A stretch of DNA of 64,000 bases from Endomicrobiales bacterium (GCA_963796955.1 CAWCNJ010000008.1:500067-564066), one strand, 5' to 3'; counted from the first letter of the stretch, positions 8,700 to 19,400 are shown. Program-made: numbers and translations. Notes: generated by a model not told the origin, from the sequence alone.

Positions 8700-9452
8700 T
8701 TAAAAGAGTATTTCTTTAAGGAATAGGCCCTTGGCCGGGGCTGTAGGACCGGCCAAAGAACGCTTCTTTGAGCGCAGGATAGAACCGATCTTCTCCGGTT
8801 CAGTTTTCCCCAGTCCCACATCAACAAGGGTACCTGCCATATTGCGCACCATTTTGTACAGGAACCGGTCACCGGTGAAGGTAATGGTGATCTTACCTGC
8901 AGCGGAGCTTATACGTATGGATGCAATCCTTGCGACTTTATCTAAAATTACGCTGTTTTTGGCATCGAACGAGCTAAAATCATGCTTGCCGCACAAGACT
9001 TTTGCCGCCTTACGCATAAGTTGAACATTAAGAGGCTGCCTGATATGCCAGGCGTTGGTTCCATGCCAGACAGATCTATAAGACCGGTTCCAAATGTGAT
9101 ACTGATAAGACTTTTTAACGGCATCGTAACGCGCGTTAAAGCCTTTGGAGACCCGTTTAACCTGTTTAATGGAGATGTCCTGCGGAAGAAAGCCATTGAG
9201 CGCATGCTGAATGTTGAGCGGTGGTATCGAGGTGGAGGTTGTAAAGCTGGCGGCCTGCATATGAGCGTGAACACCGGCGTCCGTGCGGCCCGTAACGGAC
9301 AGCGCAACGGGCTTCTTGAGCAGTTTTTCAAGAGCTTCTTCCAGCTTGGCCTGCACGGTCCGGAGGCCCGGCTGAACTTGCCAGCCGGAAAAACGAGTTC
9401 CGTCATATTCAATGAACAGCAGGAACGTGCTTTCGCTACTGGTTAACGACAT
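8700..9452 (-). CDS. truA: tRNA pseudouridine(38-40) synthase
   Basis: YDGTRFSGWQ, GRTDAGVHA, FLYKMVR, TAPAKGL. Confidence 0.97.
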   Translation of the reverse strand: MSLTSSESTFLLFIEYDGTRFSGWQVQPGLRTVQAKLEEALEKLLKKPVALSVTGRTDAGVHAHMQAASFTTSTSIPPLNIQHALNGFLPQDISIKQVKRVSKGFNARYDAVKKSYQYHIWNRSYRSVWHGTNAWHIRQPLNVQLMRKAAKVLCGKHDFSSFDAKNSVILDKVARIASIRISSAAGKITITFTGDRFLYKMVRNMAGTLVDVGLGKTEPEKIGSILRSKKRSLAGPTAPAKGLFLKEILF

Positions 9453-10128
9453 CTGAGAAACGCACCGGCTCTATCTTCTGGTTCATTAAGTATTGTTTCA
9501 ATTGCGGCTGGCAGCAATGCGCAAGCTCCGCTTCACGCCAAAGCTCGCCGTAACCGGGATGCGTCATAAGTTCGGCAACGCCGTAATCTTCATCCACATT
9601 TCCCCAATACCAGCCCTCGATAAAATGATCCACGACCCGCAAACCGTTATCAATAGCAAGTTTTTTTGCTGCTTCAAAGGCTTCTCTGTCTGGATAATGT
9701 TGCGCAAAAACCCGCATAAAAGGTATTTTGTATTCTTTCGCCACTTCACAGGCAGCAGGGAAGACCTCGTTAACCAGGTGAGCATGATGGTGGCTGTCAA
9801 AATGATCTGCGGTGAAGCCAAATGAATAGAACTTATCCAACTGCCGGCGGAACTCCACCTTAAGGCATTCGTGGTTCAATATACCGTCCGCCCAGCCGGT
9901 CACGATCCCGTGGCCGTGCTCCACATTGAAATATTTATCTATATCGACATGGATGCCCAGCGAAAGGCCGGGATGCTCATGCGCCATGCGCACAGCCTCG
10001 TCGGTACCTTCCTTCTCCACAAATAAAGAAGCGCTGGTCACCACACCTGTCTGGTGAGCCTGCAAGATACCTTTATTTATGTTCTCGCGGTAGCCGAAAT
10101 CATCGGCATTTACTATAAGTTTTTTCAT
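9436..10128 (-). CDS. ChbG/HpnK (YdjC) family deacetylase
   Basis: LIVNADDFG, DHFDSHHHAH, ELMTHPG. Confidence 0.9.
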   Translation of the reverse strand: MKKLIVNADDFGYRENINKGILQAHQTGVVTSASLFVEKEGTDEAVRMAHEHPGLSLGIHVDIDKYFNVEHGHGIVTGWADGILNHECLKVEFRRQLDKFYSFGFTADHFDSHHHAHLVNEVFPAACEVAKEYKIPFMRVFAQHYPDREAFEAAKKLAIDNGLRVVDHFIEGWYWGNVDEDYGVAELMTHPGYGELWREAELAHCCQPQLKQYLMNQKIEPVRFSDVVNQ

Positions 10129-10153
10129 CTTTACTCAATTATACTAAATATTC

Positions 10154-11179
10154 CTATTTTATCAAGCTTTTTTTATCAAGCGCTTCGGCTATCTGCACGG
10201 CGTTAAGAGCGGCGCCCTTAAGCAGGTTATCGGAAACGACCCAGAACGTAAGTCCCCTGGCGCAGGAAATATCTTTGCGCAGGCGGCCGACATAGGTAAC
10301 CTGTTTGCCTTCCGCAGCCAGCGGCGTGGGATACTTCTTGTTGGCCGGGTCGTCAACCATTTCAATTCCTTCCGCCTTGGAAAGCAGTTTGCGCGCCGTT
10401 TCAACGGAAAGTTCTTTTTCCGTTTCTATCCACACATTTTCACTGTGTGAGCGGTACACGGGAACGCGCACGCAGGTAGCGCTCAGCTGGATGGAATCAT
10501 CGCCCATTATCTTGCGGGTTTCATTGACCATCTTCATTTCTTCTTTGGTATAGCCGTTCTCGGTAAAAACATCTATCTGCGGTATAAGGTTGAATGCTAT
10601 CTGGTACTGGAACTTATTGGCCGCCGGGATAGATTCCCCTTTCGCCCAGGCCATTGTCTGGCTTTTAAGTTCATCCATGCCTTTTTGCCCCGCGCCGGAA
10701 ACCGACTGGTAGGTGGAGACCACAACACGCTTGATCTTCGCTTCGTCGTGCAGCGGTTTCAGGGCGACCACCATCTGAATGGTGGAGCAATTAGGATTAG
10801 CGATAATTTTCTTGTCAGCGGCGAGGTCACCGGGGTTTACCTCCGGCACTACCAGGGGGACCTCTTTGTCCATACGCCAGGCGCTGGAGTTATCGATAAC
10901 GAAGCAATTATTCTTCGCAAATATGGGAGCATACTCTTTAGAGATATCGGAGCCGGCGCTGAACAGGGCAACATCAAGATCCTTTGTGTTTTCCGGGCAC
11001 AACAATTCGACTTTGATATCCTTGCCGTTGAACTTAACGATCTTCCCCACCGAACGCTCGGAAGCCAGCAGCCGAAGGCTTTTGACCGGGAACTTTCGGT
11101 TCTCCAGCATCTTTACCATTTCAACGCCTACTGCGCCGGTCGCGCCGACCACTGCCACTCTATATTTGCTCACGTTCAT
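10154..11179 (-). CDS. asd: Aspartate-semialdehyde dehydrogenase
   Basis: GATGAVG, DNSSAWR, NPNCST, DNLLKGAA. Confidence 0.97.
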   Translation of the reverse strand: MNVSKYRVAVVGATGAVGVEMVKMLENRKFPVKSLRLLASERSVGKIVKFNGKDIKVELLCPENTKDLDVALFSAGSDISKEYAPIFAKNNCFVIDNSSAWRMDKEVPLVVPEVNPGDLAADKKIIANPNCSTIQMVVALKPLHDEAKIKRVVVSTYQSVSGAGQKGMDELKSQTMAWAKGESIPAANKFQYQIAFNLIPQIDVFTENGYTKEEMKMVNETRKIMGDDSIQLSATCVRVPVYRSHSENVWIETEKELSVETARKLLSKAEGIEMVDDPANKKYPTPLAAEGKQVTYVGRLRKDISCARGLTFWVVSDNLLKGAALNAVQIAEALDKKSLIK

Positions 11180-11212
11180 TACTCCTGTTAATTAAGTATA
11201 CGCTCTCTGCGA

Positions 11213-12277
11213 CTACAACATTGATGCGACGAAATCGCCCATCTCTCTGGTGCCCATGCCCATCTTTCCTGCCGCAAGGGATTTGATCTTGCCGGTCTCA
11301 AGGCACTTGATAACAGCTGCCTCTATGGCTTTACCGGCTGCCACTTCGCCGATAGTTTCCAGCATCATGCCGCCTGCGCAAATGGCCGCGAGCGGATTAA
11401 TAACGTTCTGGCCGGTATACTTAGGCGCTGAACCGCCGATCGGCTCGAACATGGAAACACCGGTGGGGTTGATATTGCCGCCCGCTGCGATACCCATGCC
11501 GCCCTGTATCATGGCGCCAAGGTCCGTGATAATATCGCCGAAGAGATTGTCGGTAACGATAACATCGAACCATTCCGGGTTCTTTACCATCCACATGGTC
11601 GTGGCGTCAACGTGGGCGTAATCAGGTTTTATATCGGTATATTCTTTGGCGACGTCATAGAACGCGCGCTCCCAAAGATCGAAGGCATAGGTTAAAACGT
11701 TTGTTTTTCCGCACAGCGTAAGCTTCTTTGCCTTGTTGCGCCTGCGGGTCAGGTCGAAAGCGTACCGGATGCAGCGTTCGGCGCCGAAACGGGTGTTGAT
11801 TGATTCCTGCACAGATACTTCCTGCGGCGTGCCCTTGCGCAGGAAACCGCCCGCGCCGACGTAGAGACCTTCGGTGTTTTCTCGTACCACCACGAAATCT
11901 ATGTGTTCGGGACCTTTATCTTTCAAAGGGCAGGCCACGTTCGGATACAGTTTTACCGGGCGCAGGTTAATGTACTGGTCCAGCTCAAAACGCAGACGCA
12001 GTAGCAGCCCTTTTTCAAGGATACCGGGCTTAACATCGGGATGGCCGATGGCGCCGAGATAAATCCCGTCGAGTTTCCTCAATTCCGGAATAACGCTGTC
12101 CGGAAGTATCTCGCCTGTCTTTTTATAACGTTCACCGCCGAGGTCGTAGTCGGTATAGTTGATCTTGATACCGAATTTCTTCGCGGCAACGTCAACCACT
12201 TTACGGCCTTCGCGAATTACTTCCGGGCCCGTTCCGTCTCCCGCTATGACACCTATCTGGTAAGTTTTGTTGGGCAT
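11213..12277 (-). CDS. leuB: 3-isopropylmalate dehydrogenase
   Basis: GDGTGPEV, RENTEG, NLFGDIITD, FEPIGGSAP; leu operon context. Confidence 0.92.
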   Translation of the reverse strand: MPNKTYQIGVIAGDGTGPEVIREGRKVVDVAAKKFGIKINYTDYDLGGERYKKTGEILPDSVIPELRKLDGIYLGAIGHPDVKPGILEKGLLLRLRFELDQYINLRPVKLYPNVACPLKDKGPEHIDFVVVRENTEGLYVGAGGFLRKGTPQEVSVQESINTRFGAERCIRYAFDLTRRRNKAKKLTLCGKTNVLTYAFDLWERAFYDVAKEYTDIKPDYAHVDATTMWMVKNPEWFDVIVTDNLFGDIITDLGAMIQGGMGIAAGGNINPTGVSMFEPIGGSAPKYTGQNVINPLAAICAGGMMLETIGEVAAGKAIEAAVIKCLETGKIKSLAAGKMGMGTREMGDFVASML

Positions 12278-12287
12278 GGTACACTCC

Positions 12288-12779
12288 TTATTTTTTCTTA
12301 GATTTTATATACGGCAGCAGGCCGCCTTTTTTAACGATGTCCTGCATGAACTGCGGGAACGGCTGCGCCTGGTACGTTTCTTTTTTTGTAACATTCTTAA
12401 TGATACCTTTCGAGAGATCAACCTCTATCTTATCGCCCATACGAATCCCTTTTACCGCTTCGGGGCATTCAAGGATAGGCAGACCGATATTGATAGCGTT
12501 ACGGAAGAAGATGCGCGCGAAGGAATTCGCGATGACCGCGGAAACCCCGGCGACTTTAATGGATATACCGGCATGTTCGCGCGAAGATCCGCAGCCGAAA
12601 TTATTCTCGCCTACTATAAAATCTCCCTGCTTCATATTCTTGACAAAATCCTTATCAAGGTCTTCCATGCAATGTTTCGCCAGTTCCTTATGGTCGGAAG
12701 TATTAAGGAAGCGCGCGGGTATTATTTCGTCGGTATTGATGTTTGAGCCATATTTGAACGCATTACCTTTGAGTATCAT
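12288..12779 (-). CDS. leuD: 3-isopropylmalate dehydratase small subunit
   Basis: [29 protein letters not shown]. Confidence 0.95.
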   Translation of the reverse strand: MILKGNAFKYGSNINTDEIIPARFLNTSDHKELAKHCMEDLDKDFVKNMKQGDFIVGENNFGCGSSREHAGISIKVAGVSAVIANSFARIFFRNAINIGLPILECPEAVKGIRMGDKIEVDLSKGIIKNVTKKETYQAQPFPQFMQDIVKKGGLLPYIKSKKK

Positions 12780-12795
12780 TATATATCTCCTTGGA

Positions 12796-14055
12796 TTAGA
12801 GCTGATCCGGATCTATTATTCTGCCCTTGATGGCCGAGGCCGCTGCAACCGCGGGGTTCGCCAGATAAACTTCCGACTTCAGCGCGCCCATGCGCCCTAC
12901 AAAGTTGCGGTTCGTAGTTGCCACGCAGCGTTCGCCGTCTGCAAGTATGCCCATGTGGCCGCCCAGGCACGGTCCGCACGTCGGCGGTGAAACTATTGCG
13001 CCGGCATTCATGAATATTTCGAAAAGGCCTTCCTTCATCGCCTGCTTCCAGATCCAGGGCGTCGCCGGTATCACCAGCATGCGCACATTCGAGTGCACTT
13101 TTTTGCCCTTGATTATTTTCGCCGCAAGCCTTAGGTCCTCTATGCGTCCGTTGGTGCAGGAGCCCACTACCACCTGATCAATGGTCAGCTTATTAAGATC
13201 ACGCGCATTCTTTGCATTCGACGGCAGGAACGGTACCGCTACCTGCGGCAGTATCTTTGAACAATCTATCTCTATTACTTCAGCATATTTAGCATCCGCA
13301 TCGCTCGAATAAAATTTATATTTGCGCTGGGCGCGGCCTTTAACATAAGCCTCTGTTATCTTATCCGGCGCTATAATACCGCTTTTGCCGCCAGCCTCGA
13401 TCGCCATATTCGTCATGGACATGCGGTCCGACATGGAAAGTTTTTCTATCACAGGGCCAGCGAATTCCATGGCGCAATAAAGCGCGCCGTCAACGCCGAT
13501 GCGGCCGATGGTGTTTAATATAAGGTCTTTTCCGCCGACCCATTTGTTAAGTTTACCTTTATAAACGAACTTTATCGTCTGCGGGACTTTGAACCAGACT
13601 TTACCGGTGATCATCGCAGCCGCAAGGTCGGTCGAGCCGGAACCTGTTGAGAACGCGCCAAGCGCTCCGTACGTGCAGGTATGGGAATCGGCGCCAAGCA
13701 CCACATCGCCCGGCACAACAATTCCCTGCTCCGGGAGCAGCGCGTGTTCTACACCGCAATTGCCGCCCTCGTAATAATGTTTCAGTTTCTGTTCATGCGC
13801 GAACTCGCGAACGAACTTAACCTGCTCCGCGCTTTTGATATCTTTATTCGGCGTGAAGTGATCCATGACAAGCACCACTTTGTTTTTGTCGAATACTTTC
13901 TTAGCGCCAGTAGCGCGAAATTCCTTAATAGCAAGCGGCGTAGTAACATCATTGCCAAGGGCAATATCAACCTTCGGCTCAATGAACTCGCCCGCTACAA
14001 CAGATTTTTTACCGCAATGCGCGGCCAGTATTTTCTCAGTTATCGTTTGACCCAT
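12796..14055 (-). CDS. leuC: 3-isopropylmalate dehydratase large subunit
   Basis: [30 protein letters not shown]. Confidence 0.95.
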   Translation of the reverse strand: MGQTITEKILAAHCGKKSVVAGEFIEPKVDIALGNDVTTPLAIKEFRATGAKKVFDKNKVVLVMDHFTPNKDIKSAEQVKFVREFAHEQKLKHYYEGGNCGVEHALLPEQGIVVPGDVVLGADSHTCTYGALGAFSTGSGSTDLAAAMITGKVWFKVPQTIKFVYKGKLNKWVGGKDLILNTIGRIGVDGALYCAMEFAGPVIEKLSMSDRMSMTNMAIEAGGKSGIIAPDKITEAYVKGRAQRKYKFYSSDADAKYAEVIEIDCSKILPQVAVPFLPSNAKNARDLNKLTIDQVVVGSCTNGRIEDLRLAAKIIKGKKVHSNVRMLVIPATPWIWKQAMKEGLFEIFMNAGAIVSPPTCGPCLGGHMGILADGERCVATTNRNFVGRMGALKSEVYLANPAVAAASAIKGRIIDPDQL

Positions 14056-14064
14056 TTGTTTCTC

Positions 14065-15594
14065 CTATTTTTCCGATGCTATTTTATTTATTGCCTGCAG
14101 GTATGCTTTGACGCTTGCTTCAATAATATCTGTAGATGCGCCGCGGCCTGTGTAGCTGTTGCCTTTGTAATCGGCCCGCACGTTTACTTCGCCCTGAGCG
14201 TCTTCGCCCCCGGAAACAGCGCGGATCGTATAGTCGCTGAGGCTTGCTCTAATGCCGGTTATCTTTTCTATCGCTTTATAGGCGGCATCTACAGGGCCGT
14301 CGCCTGTCGAAGCTTCCTGTGTGATAACAGGTTGTTTGGCTTTCTTAGCGTTGCAGGCAATGCGTACCGTGGCGGTTGGAACTACGCCCGTGCCGCTGGA
14401 GGTTTGCAGATATTCCAGCACGTAGACCGCAGGGGCCTGCGCGATGCCGGCCTCGACGAGAGAAAGGATATCGTCGTCATAAACGCACTTTTTCTTATCG
14501 GCAAGGACCTTGAACTGGCTGAAAAGTTTTTCTATCTCTTCAGTCTTCACTATGTAGCCGAGATCTTTGAGGCGGCGCACAAAAGCGTGGCGGCCGCTGT
14601 GTTTGCCGAGCACCAGTTTGTTGGACGGTACGCCGACAGCCTTGGGATCCATTATTTCATAAGTCGTGCGCTCTTTCAGCACACCGTCCTGATGGATGCC
14701 TGCTTCATGGGCGAATGCGTTGGCACCGATAATGGCTTTGTTCGGCTGAACCGCGACACCGGTAAGTGTTGAGACCATGCGGCTGGTCTTGTAAAGTTCT
14801 TTCGTATTTATGTTACATTCAACGTTAAGCAGATCATGGCGTGTATGCATAGCCATGACTACTTCTTCAAGTGCGGCATTGCCGGCGCGTTCGCCTATAC
14901 CGTTTATGGTGCACTCAACCTGCCGCGCACCACCCGCTATAGCAGAAAGAGAATTCGCCACCGCAAGACCGAGGTCGTTATGACAATGGACCGACACAAT
15001 AACCTTGTCTATGCCTTTCACACGGTCACGCAGGCCGCGTATGGTGCGGATGTATTCGTCAGGAAGCGTGTAGCCAACGGTGTCCGGAATATTAACGGTT
15101 TTTGCACCGGCCGCTATCACAGCCTCTATAACGGCGCACAGATAATTAAAATCTGTGCGAGTGGCATCTTCCGCGGAAAACTCTACATCCTTGCAAAGCG
15201 AGCAGGCGTATTTGACCGATTTAACGGCCATCGCCAGCACTTCATCGCGGGTTTTGTTCAGCTTGCTTTTTATATGAATGTCTGAGGTGGCAAGGAAAAC
15301 ATGTATACGGTTGCGCTTGGCATACTTAACGGCATCCCAGCAGGCCGTAATATCCTTCTCATGGGCACGGGCAAGGCCGGCTATAACAGGGCCGTTAATC
15401 TTTTGAGCTAACTGTTTGACGGACTCGAAATCGCCCGGGCTGGAGATAGGAAAACCGGCTTCCATAACATCAACGCCAAGCTTTGTCAGCTGTCTGCCGA
15501 TCTCAAGCTTTTCGCGTATGTTCATGCTGGCGCCCGGTGACTGCTCGCCGTCGCGCATGGTGGTATCAAAAATAATTACATTATTGTTTTTCAT
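14065..15594 (-). CDS. leuA: 2-isopropylmalate synthase
   Basis: [23 protein letters not shown]-terminal regulatory domain GDGPVDA. Confidence 0.96.
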   Translation of the reverse strand: MKNNNVIIFDTTMRDGEQSPGASMNIREKLEIGRQLTKLGVDVMEAGFPISSPGDFESVKQLAQKINGPVIAGLARAHEKDITACWDAVKYAKRNRIHVFLATSDIHIKSKLNKTRDEVLAMAVKSVKYACSLCKDVEFSAEDATRTDFNYLCAVIEAVIAAGAKTVNIPDTVGYTLPDEYIRTIRGLRDRVKGIDKVIVSVHCHNDLGLAVANSLSAIAGGARQVECTINGIGERAGNAALEEVVMAMHTRHDLLNVECNINTKELYKTSRMVSTLTGVAVQPNKAIIGANAFAHEAGIHQDGVLKERTTYEIMDPKAVGVPSNKLVLGKHSGRHAFVRRLKDLGYIVKTEEIEKLFSQFKVLADKKKCVYDDDILSLVEAGIAQAPAVYVLEYLQTSSGTGVVPTATVRIACNAKKAKQPVITQEASTGDGPVDAAYKAIEKITGIRASLSDYTIRAVSGGEDAQGEVNVRADYKGNSYTGRGASTDIIEASVKAYLQAINKIASEK

Positions 15595-15627
15595 TACGGG
15601 TTACCTCATTTAAGTTGTAGATCAGAG

Positions 15628-16461
15628 TTATTTCGTGTTGTCTTTGGGTTTAGCATCCAAAGTTCCGGTGTCTTTCAAAGGCGCATTAAATCTGCCGCGC
15701 AATCGAAAATACCGCAACACAAGGCCGGTAAGCCCCGATAGGACGTAAAGGAGGAAAATTATGAAGATGGTGTTTTGAGGATAGGTTATTATCAGCATGA
15801 TGCCTATTATAAAAACCAGCAGTATCTGCAGCGTTTTAGGCCGCGTTAATTTGAATTTCTTAAAGCTTGAGTATGGCACTTCCGAGACCATAAGGAACGA
15901 TATGACCAGCATGGTCAGCGGAATACTTTTAAAGAACAGGGGCATTTTCTGCATGATCACCGGTATGGTCTTTACCGTGATCTCCGGACCTTCAACGAAA
16001 AGTTCGTAGCTGAGAACAAAAGAAGCAAGCAGTGCAGCAGCCGCCGGTGTCGGCAGTCCCTGGAACTCTGTAGCGGGAACACCGCTGGTATCATCGTGAG
16101 CCTTAACGTTAAAGCGCGCCAGCCTGAGGGCGCCGCACAGCAGGTAAAAGAAGGCGATAGCCGCACCGATCCTTCCCATTTCAAAAAGCACCAGCTGGTA
16201 CATCAGCACCGCGGGCGCAACGCAAAAAGAGACAAGGTCCGAAAGAGAATCGAACTCAACGCCGAAATCGCTGGTGGTTTTAGTCCATCTGGCAACACGG
16301 CCGTCCATCATATCCATGATAATGGCCAGCATTATGCACCAGGCTGCCGGCACAAAATCCATGCGTATGGCATACAGCATAGAGAGCATGCCGAACATCA
16401 TATTCGCAGCAGTAAAAAGGCTGGGCAGCAGGTAAATACCGCGCGGCATTTTAGGGATCAT
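15628..16461 (-). CDS. pssA: CDP-diacylglycerol--serine O-phosphatidyltransferase
   Basis: DMMDGRVAR..G..FDSLSD, RLARFN, FQGLP. Confidence 0.93.
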   Translation of the reverse strand: MIPKMPRGIYLLPSLFTAANMMFGMLSMLYAIRMDFVPAAWCIMLAIIMDMMDGRVARWTKTTSDFGVEFDSLSDLVSFCVAPAVLMYQLVLFEMGRIGAAIAFFYLLCGALRLARFNVKAHDDTSGVPATEFQGLPTPAAAALLASFVLSYELFVEGPEITVKTIPVIMQKMPLFFKSIPLTMLVISFLMVSEVPYSSFKKFKLTRPKTLQILLVFIIGIMLIITYPQNTIFIIFLLYVLSGLTGLVLRYFRLRGRFNAPLKDTGTLDAKPKDNTK

Positions 16462-17078
16462 TTAAAGTTCCCTAACACCGTTATACCGCCGACCGTCTTA
16501 TCGCCGGGTTTAACAGAAACAACCGTTGCGGCAGGCAGATGAATGTCTACCTGCGAGCTGAATTTAATAACGCCTATTTTCCCGCCCTTTTCCACCGTGT
16601 CGCCCGGTTTTACCCAGGAAACGCAACGGCGGGCAAGGATGCCGGCGATCTGTATCACCTTCATGCGCCCGTGTTTCGTATCGAAAGTCATAATGATCTG
16701 CTCGTTCTCCACATGCGCCTTTGGGTCCATTGCCGGCAGGAATTTTCCCGCCTTACGCTCAACGGCAACGACGGTGCCCGCAAAAGGCGAGCGCTGCAGG
16801 TGCACATTAAAAACCGAAAGAAAAATACGTATTACTTTTTCCCCGTTGTTCTCCGATACTTCCATCACAACGCCGTCTGCTGGAGAAAGCAGCTGCCCCT
16901 CAACATCAACGATGGTCCTGGAAGGATCGCGGAAAAAATACATACAGAAAAGCGCCGCCGCCAGCAGAACAATGGAGACCGCCTGCATGACCGGATGCTG
17001 CCGTGAATACATAAGCCCTGCTACACCTAATACGCCTGGAACAGCAATAAATGGTATACCTTCGCTCACAATAGTCAT
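16458..17078 (-). CDS. psd: Phosphatidylserine decarboxylase proenzyme (PSD-A type)
   Basis: FFRDP, SPADG, FLSVFNVH, QIAG..ARR; adjacent to pssA; cleavage motif reads FSS. Confidence 0.9.
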   Translation of the reverse strand: MTIVSEGIPFIAVPGVLGVAGLMYSRQHPVMQAVSIVLLAAALFCMYFFRDPSRTIVDVEGQLLSPADGVVMEVSENNGEKVIRIFLSVFNVHLQRSPFAGTVVAVERKAGKFLPAMDPKAHVENEQIIMTFDTKHGRMKVIQIAGILARRCVSWVKPGDTVEKGGKIGVIKFSSQVDIHLPAATVVSVKPGDKTVGGITVLGNFK

Positions 17079-17134
17079 AATAGAGTGATTTTACCAGAAA
17101 ACATGAAGGATTGTCAATAAAAAGCTACGGATGG

Positions 17135-18052
17135 TCAGGCAGCAGGTTTCTGGGAAGGCAACAAATCGCGGAGCCAGCCGAAGAATGTTTTTTTCGTGCG
17201 TTGAAGTTTAAAGGCGCCGATCTTGGCATTGGCGGCGGACTCGCCGCGTTCTATCAACAGATCGAGCTTATCGAATGCCGTCCAGTGCAGGTTCTTGATA
17301 TCCGGTGAGATGACGATATCGGCCTCTTCCAGATACACTTCGTTCAGTATGATACCGGTAATGTATTTGGCGCGGTCTATTATCTCGCGAGCTTTGTCAG
17401 GCTTTTCAAAATGGCCGCCCAGGCTTTTCACGTCGCTGCCGATCACCACATCCGGATGAAAGTACTTTTTAAGCGGCCGGATGGGAGTGGAACCGGCATA
17501 GCCGCCGTCCGCTAACCAGCAGCCGTCCACCAGTATAGGCGGGAACACGCCGGGTATGGAAGCTGAGGCAAGCACGGCTTCCCTGAGAGAACCCTTGTTA
17601 AAAACTTTTTCTTTGCAGCCGTTCAGGTCTATTGCGACGCAAACAAAAGGTATCTTTGTTTCCCGGATATCTATGTCCGGCAGAAGGCTTATAATAGGTG
17701 CATTAAGCCTGTCGATGCCTATGAAAGAAGCGCGGGTTTCCCCTATGATGTGCAGGTAACCGTTCTTGATAAAATCCCGCATCTTTATAAGGAACGAATG
17801 GTGGCTGATCGCTCCCTGCATGAGAGAGCTTATCTTCATATCTTCGATCGTTTTACTAAGGAGCATGCGAATTTTTGTTTCGACAATATTGATATCCGGT
17901 TCGACGGCGTACAGTGCCCCGACGATAGCCCCCATAGAAGCGCCCGCTATACAATCAACAACGATATTATTTTTTTGCAGAGCCTTAAGCACACCGATAT
18001 GCGCAAGTCCCCGCGCCCCGCCGCCGCCAAGAGCAATTCCCACTTTTGCCAT
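17135..18052 (-). CDS. Patatin-like phospholipase (NTE/RssA type)
   Basis: GGGGARG, GASMGA, ASASIPG, DGG. Confidence 0.92.
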   Translation of the reverse strand: MAKVGIALGGGGARGLAHIGVLKALQKNNIVVDCIAGASMGAIVGALYAVEPDINIVETKIRMLLSKTIEDMKISSLMQGAISHHSFLIKMRDFIKNGYLHIIGETRASFIGIDRLNAPIISLLPDIDIRETKIPFVCVAIDLNGCKEKVFNKGSLREAVLASASIPGVFPPILVDGCWLADGGYAGSTPIRPLKKYFHPDVVIGSDVKSLGGHFEKPDKAREIIDRAKYITGIILNEVYLEEADIVISPDIKNLHWTAFDKLDLLIERGESAANAKIGAFKLQRTKKTFFGWLRDLLPSQKPAA

Positions 18053-18083
18053 AACGCACCTCTGATATCGATAGTATTGCGAA

Positions 18084-18590
18084 TTATTTTATCTTATCCA
18101 GCAAAGACACCGCGAAAAACATCTCCCCCATAAGCATAACACTAAAACTCAGTTTAAACAACCTGAATTTGCCGTCCACTATCCGGGCGTTCGCGACGAT
18201 CTGCCGGCACAGGTTCTCATGATAGCCGTTACCCTTAAGCGTGCAGTTAAGGTTCTTCTCCATAACTTCAACATATTCCGTGGGCGTATACTTTGCGATA
18301 TCTCCGAAATAAAGTATATTGTCTTCCGGCGCAGGTCTTTCGGGCCTGTGGTTAATTTTGTAAAGCCATCCCGTCAACTTCGATTTAGGCATAAACGAGG
18401 CCACGCACAACAGCACCGAGAGCACCAGAAATACACTGCTTATTTCCAGCCAGATGTTGAAATTGATATTTATGAACTTCACCGCCGTCAACTGCAAGCC
18501 AAGGAACGTAAGTATATTTATATTCTTCGTCTCGGCGTACCGTACCAGCAGATCAATAGAATCAAACACCTTCCACAATGCCATTTCCAT
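18084..18590 (-). CDS. Pycsar-type transmembrane effector (DUF5706/PycTM-like), no cyclase nearby
   Basis: RYAETKN..LTF, TM-TM-SFMPK, NILYFGDIAK, QI..NARI..KF plus C-terminal TM: the DUF5706 pattern, recognised by eye. Confidence 0.72.
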   Translation of the reverse strand: MEMALWKVFDSIDLLVRYAETKNINILTFLGLQLTAVKFININFNIWLEISSVFLVLSVLLCVASFMPKSKLTGWLYKINHRPERPAPEDNILYFGDIAKYTPTEYVEVMEKNLNCTLKGNGYHENLCRQIVANARIVDGKFRLFKLSFSVMLMGEMFFAVSLLDKIK

Positions 18591-18591
18591 A

Positions 18592-18990
18592 TTATACCAC
18601 CCTCTTCACAGGTCGATTAACAGACGAACGTTTGCTGCTTTTTCGAGCCGCCGATCTAACTACTTTTACTTTTTTTATGCCCGCATACTTAACCGGTTTT
18701 TCCATCACCCGCCCGCGGCTTCTTTTTGCGGCGATCTGATACACTGCATCATCTTTTCTCTTGCCTATAGCCAGGACAAATATCTCTTTGCCTATAACCC
18801 TGTAGACGATCCTATGATCACCCACGCGATATTTTCGGAATCCCCTAAGGGTCCCATGCAAGTAATCGCCATACTCCAGAGGAGCAACCATTAACCTCAT
18901 CTCAATAGCATTTTTAATACGCGACGCCATTTCCTTGTTAAGAGCTGGTATATCTACTTCAAGAACATGAAGATCATATCGTACTTTCAC
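18592..18990 (-). CDS. RelE/ParE family toxin with basic C-terminal extension
   Basis: YGDYLHGTLRGFRKYRVGDHRIVY..VLAIGKR. Confidence 0.88.
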   Translation of the reverse strand: MKVRYDLHVLEVDIPALNKEMASRIKNAIEMRLMVAPLEYGDYLHGTLRGFRKYRVGDHRIVYRVIGKEIFVLAIGKRKDDAVYQIAAKRSRGRVMEKPVKYAGIKKVKVVRSAARKSSKRSSVNRPVKRVV

Positions 18991-19223
18991 TTTGCGATTT
19001 TAGCCCATACTTCCTTGTGAGAAACACACTTTTTTTTCCAACCGGGCTGAGACATTCGCTCAGAACAAAGCTTTTCAAAATACTCATCTTCCACAAGATC
19101 TATACCTTTTAAAATAAAGTCCCTGCACACACTTGAAACAGACATCTGTCGTTTCTTCGCAATGTCCCGCACCCTATCCCGCACCGGCGGCTCAAGCAAA
19201 ACGAGTGTTCGTAAATTATTCAT
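18987..19223 (-). CDS. Ribbon-helix-helix (CopG-like) antitoxin
   Basis: 78 aa, IAKKRQMSVSSVCRDFI, C-terminal VSHKEVW; GGAGGT RBS; overlaps the toxin start. Confidence 0.78.
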   Translation of the reverse strand: MNNLRTLVLLEPPVRDRVRDIAKKRQMSVSSVCRDFILKGIDLVEDEYFEKLCSERMSQPGWKKKCVSHKEVWAKIAK

Positions 19224-19238
19224 ATTATTTACCTCCAA

Positions 19239-19271
19239 ACAAAGTGTATCTGATGTGATACACTTTGTCAA
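19239..19271 (-). promoter_or_regulatory. Sigma-70 promoter of the TA operon overlaid by a 12-bp operator palindrome
   Basis: TTGACA-17-TACACT on -; ACAAAGTGTATC-N6-GATACACTTTGT (19239-19268). Confidence 0.85.
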
Positions 19272-19312
19272 TACGACGTATTTTTCCAGCGACAGCTCAC
19301 CGCTGGTATCGT

Positions 19313-19345
19313 AAAAAAACCACCAGCCGTTAGGCGTGTGGTTTT
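19313..19345 (-). terminator. Probable intrinsic terminator after hicBA
   Basis: AAAACCAC..GCC-GTTA-GGC..GTGGTTTT hairpin, with T7 on the - strand. Confidence 0.6.
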
Positions 19346-19400
19346 AAAATTAAAATCTGTCATTCAAGTTCACTTCGTTTCCCCGCGCTTCTTTTATTGT

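Noticed and set aside
13681..14772. Long antisense ORFs (this 363-aa one and similar ones opposite groEL, rluD, HD-GYP and others)
   Set aside because: Shadow frames of well-conserved genes, with no recognisable motifs
17135..18590. Complete CBASS or Pycsar system
   Set aside because: No CD-NTase or cyclase in the window; the patatin looks like the common RssA/NTE type
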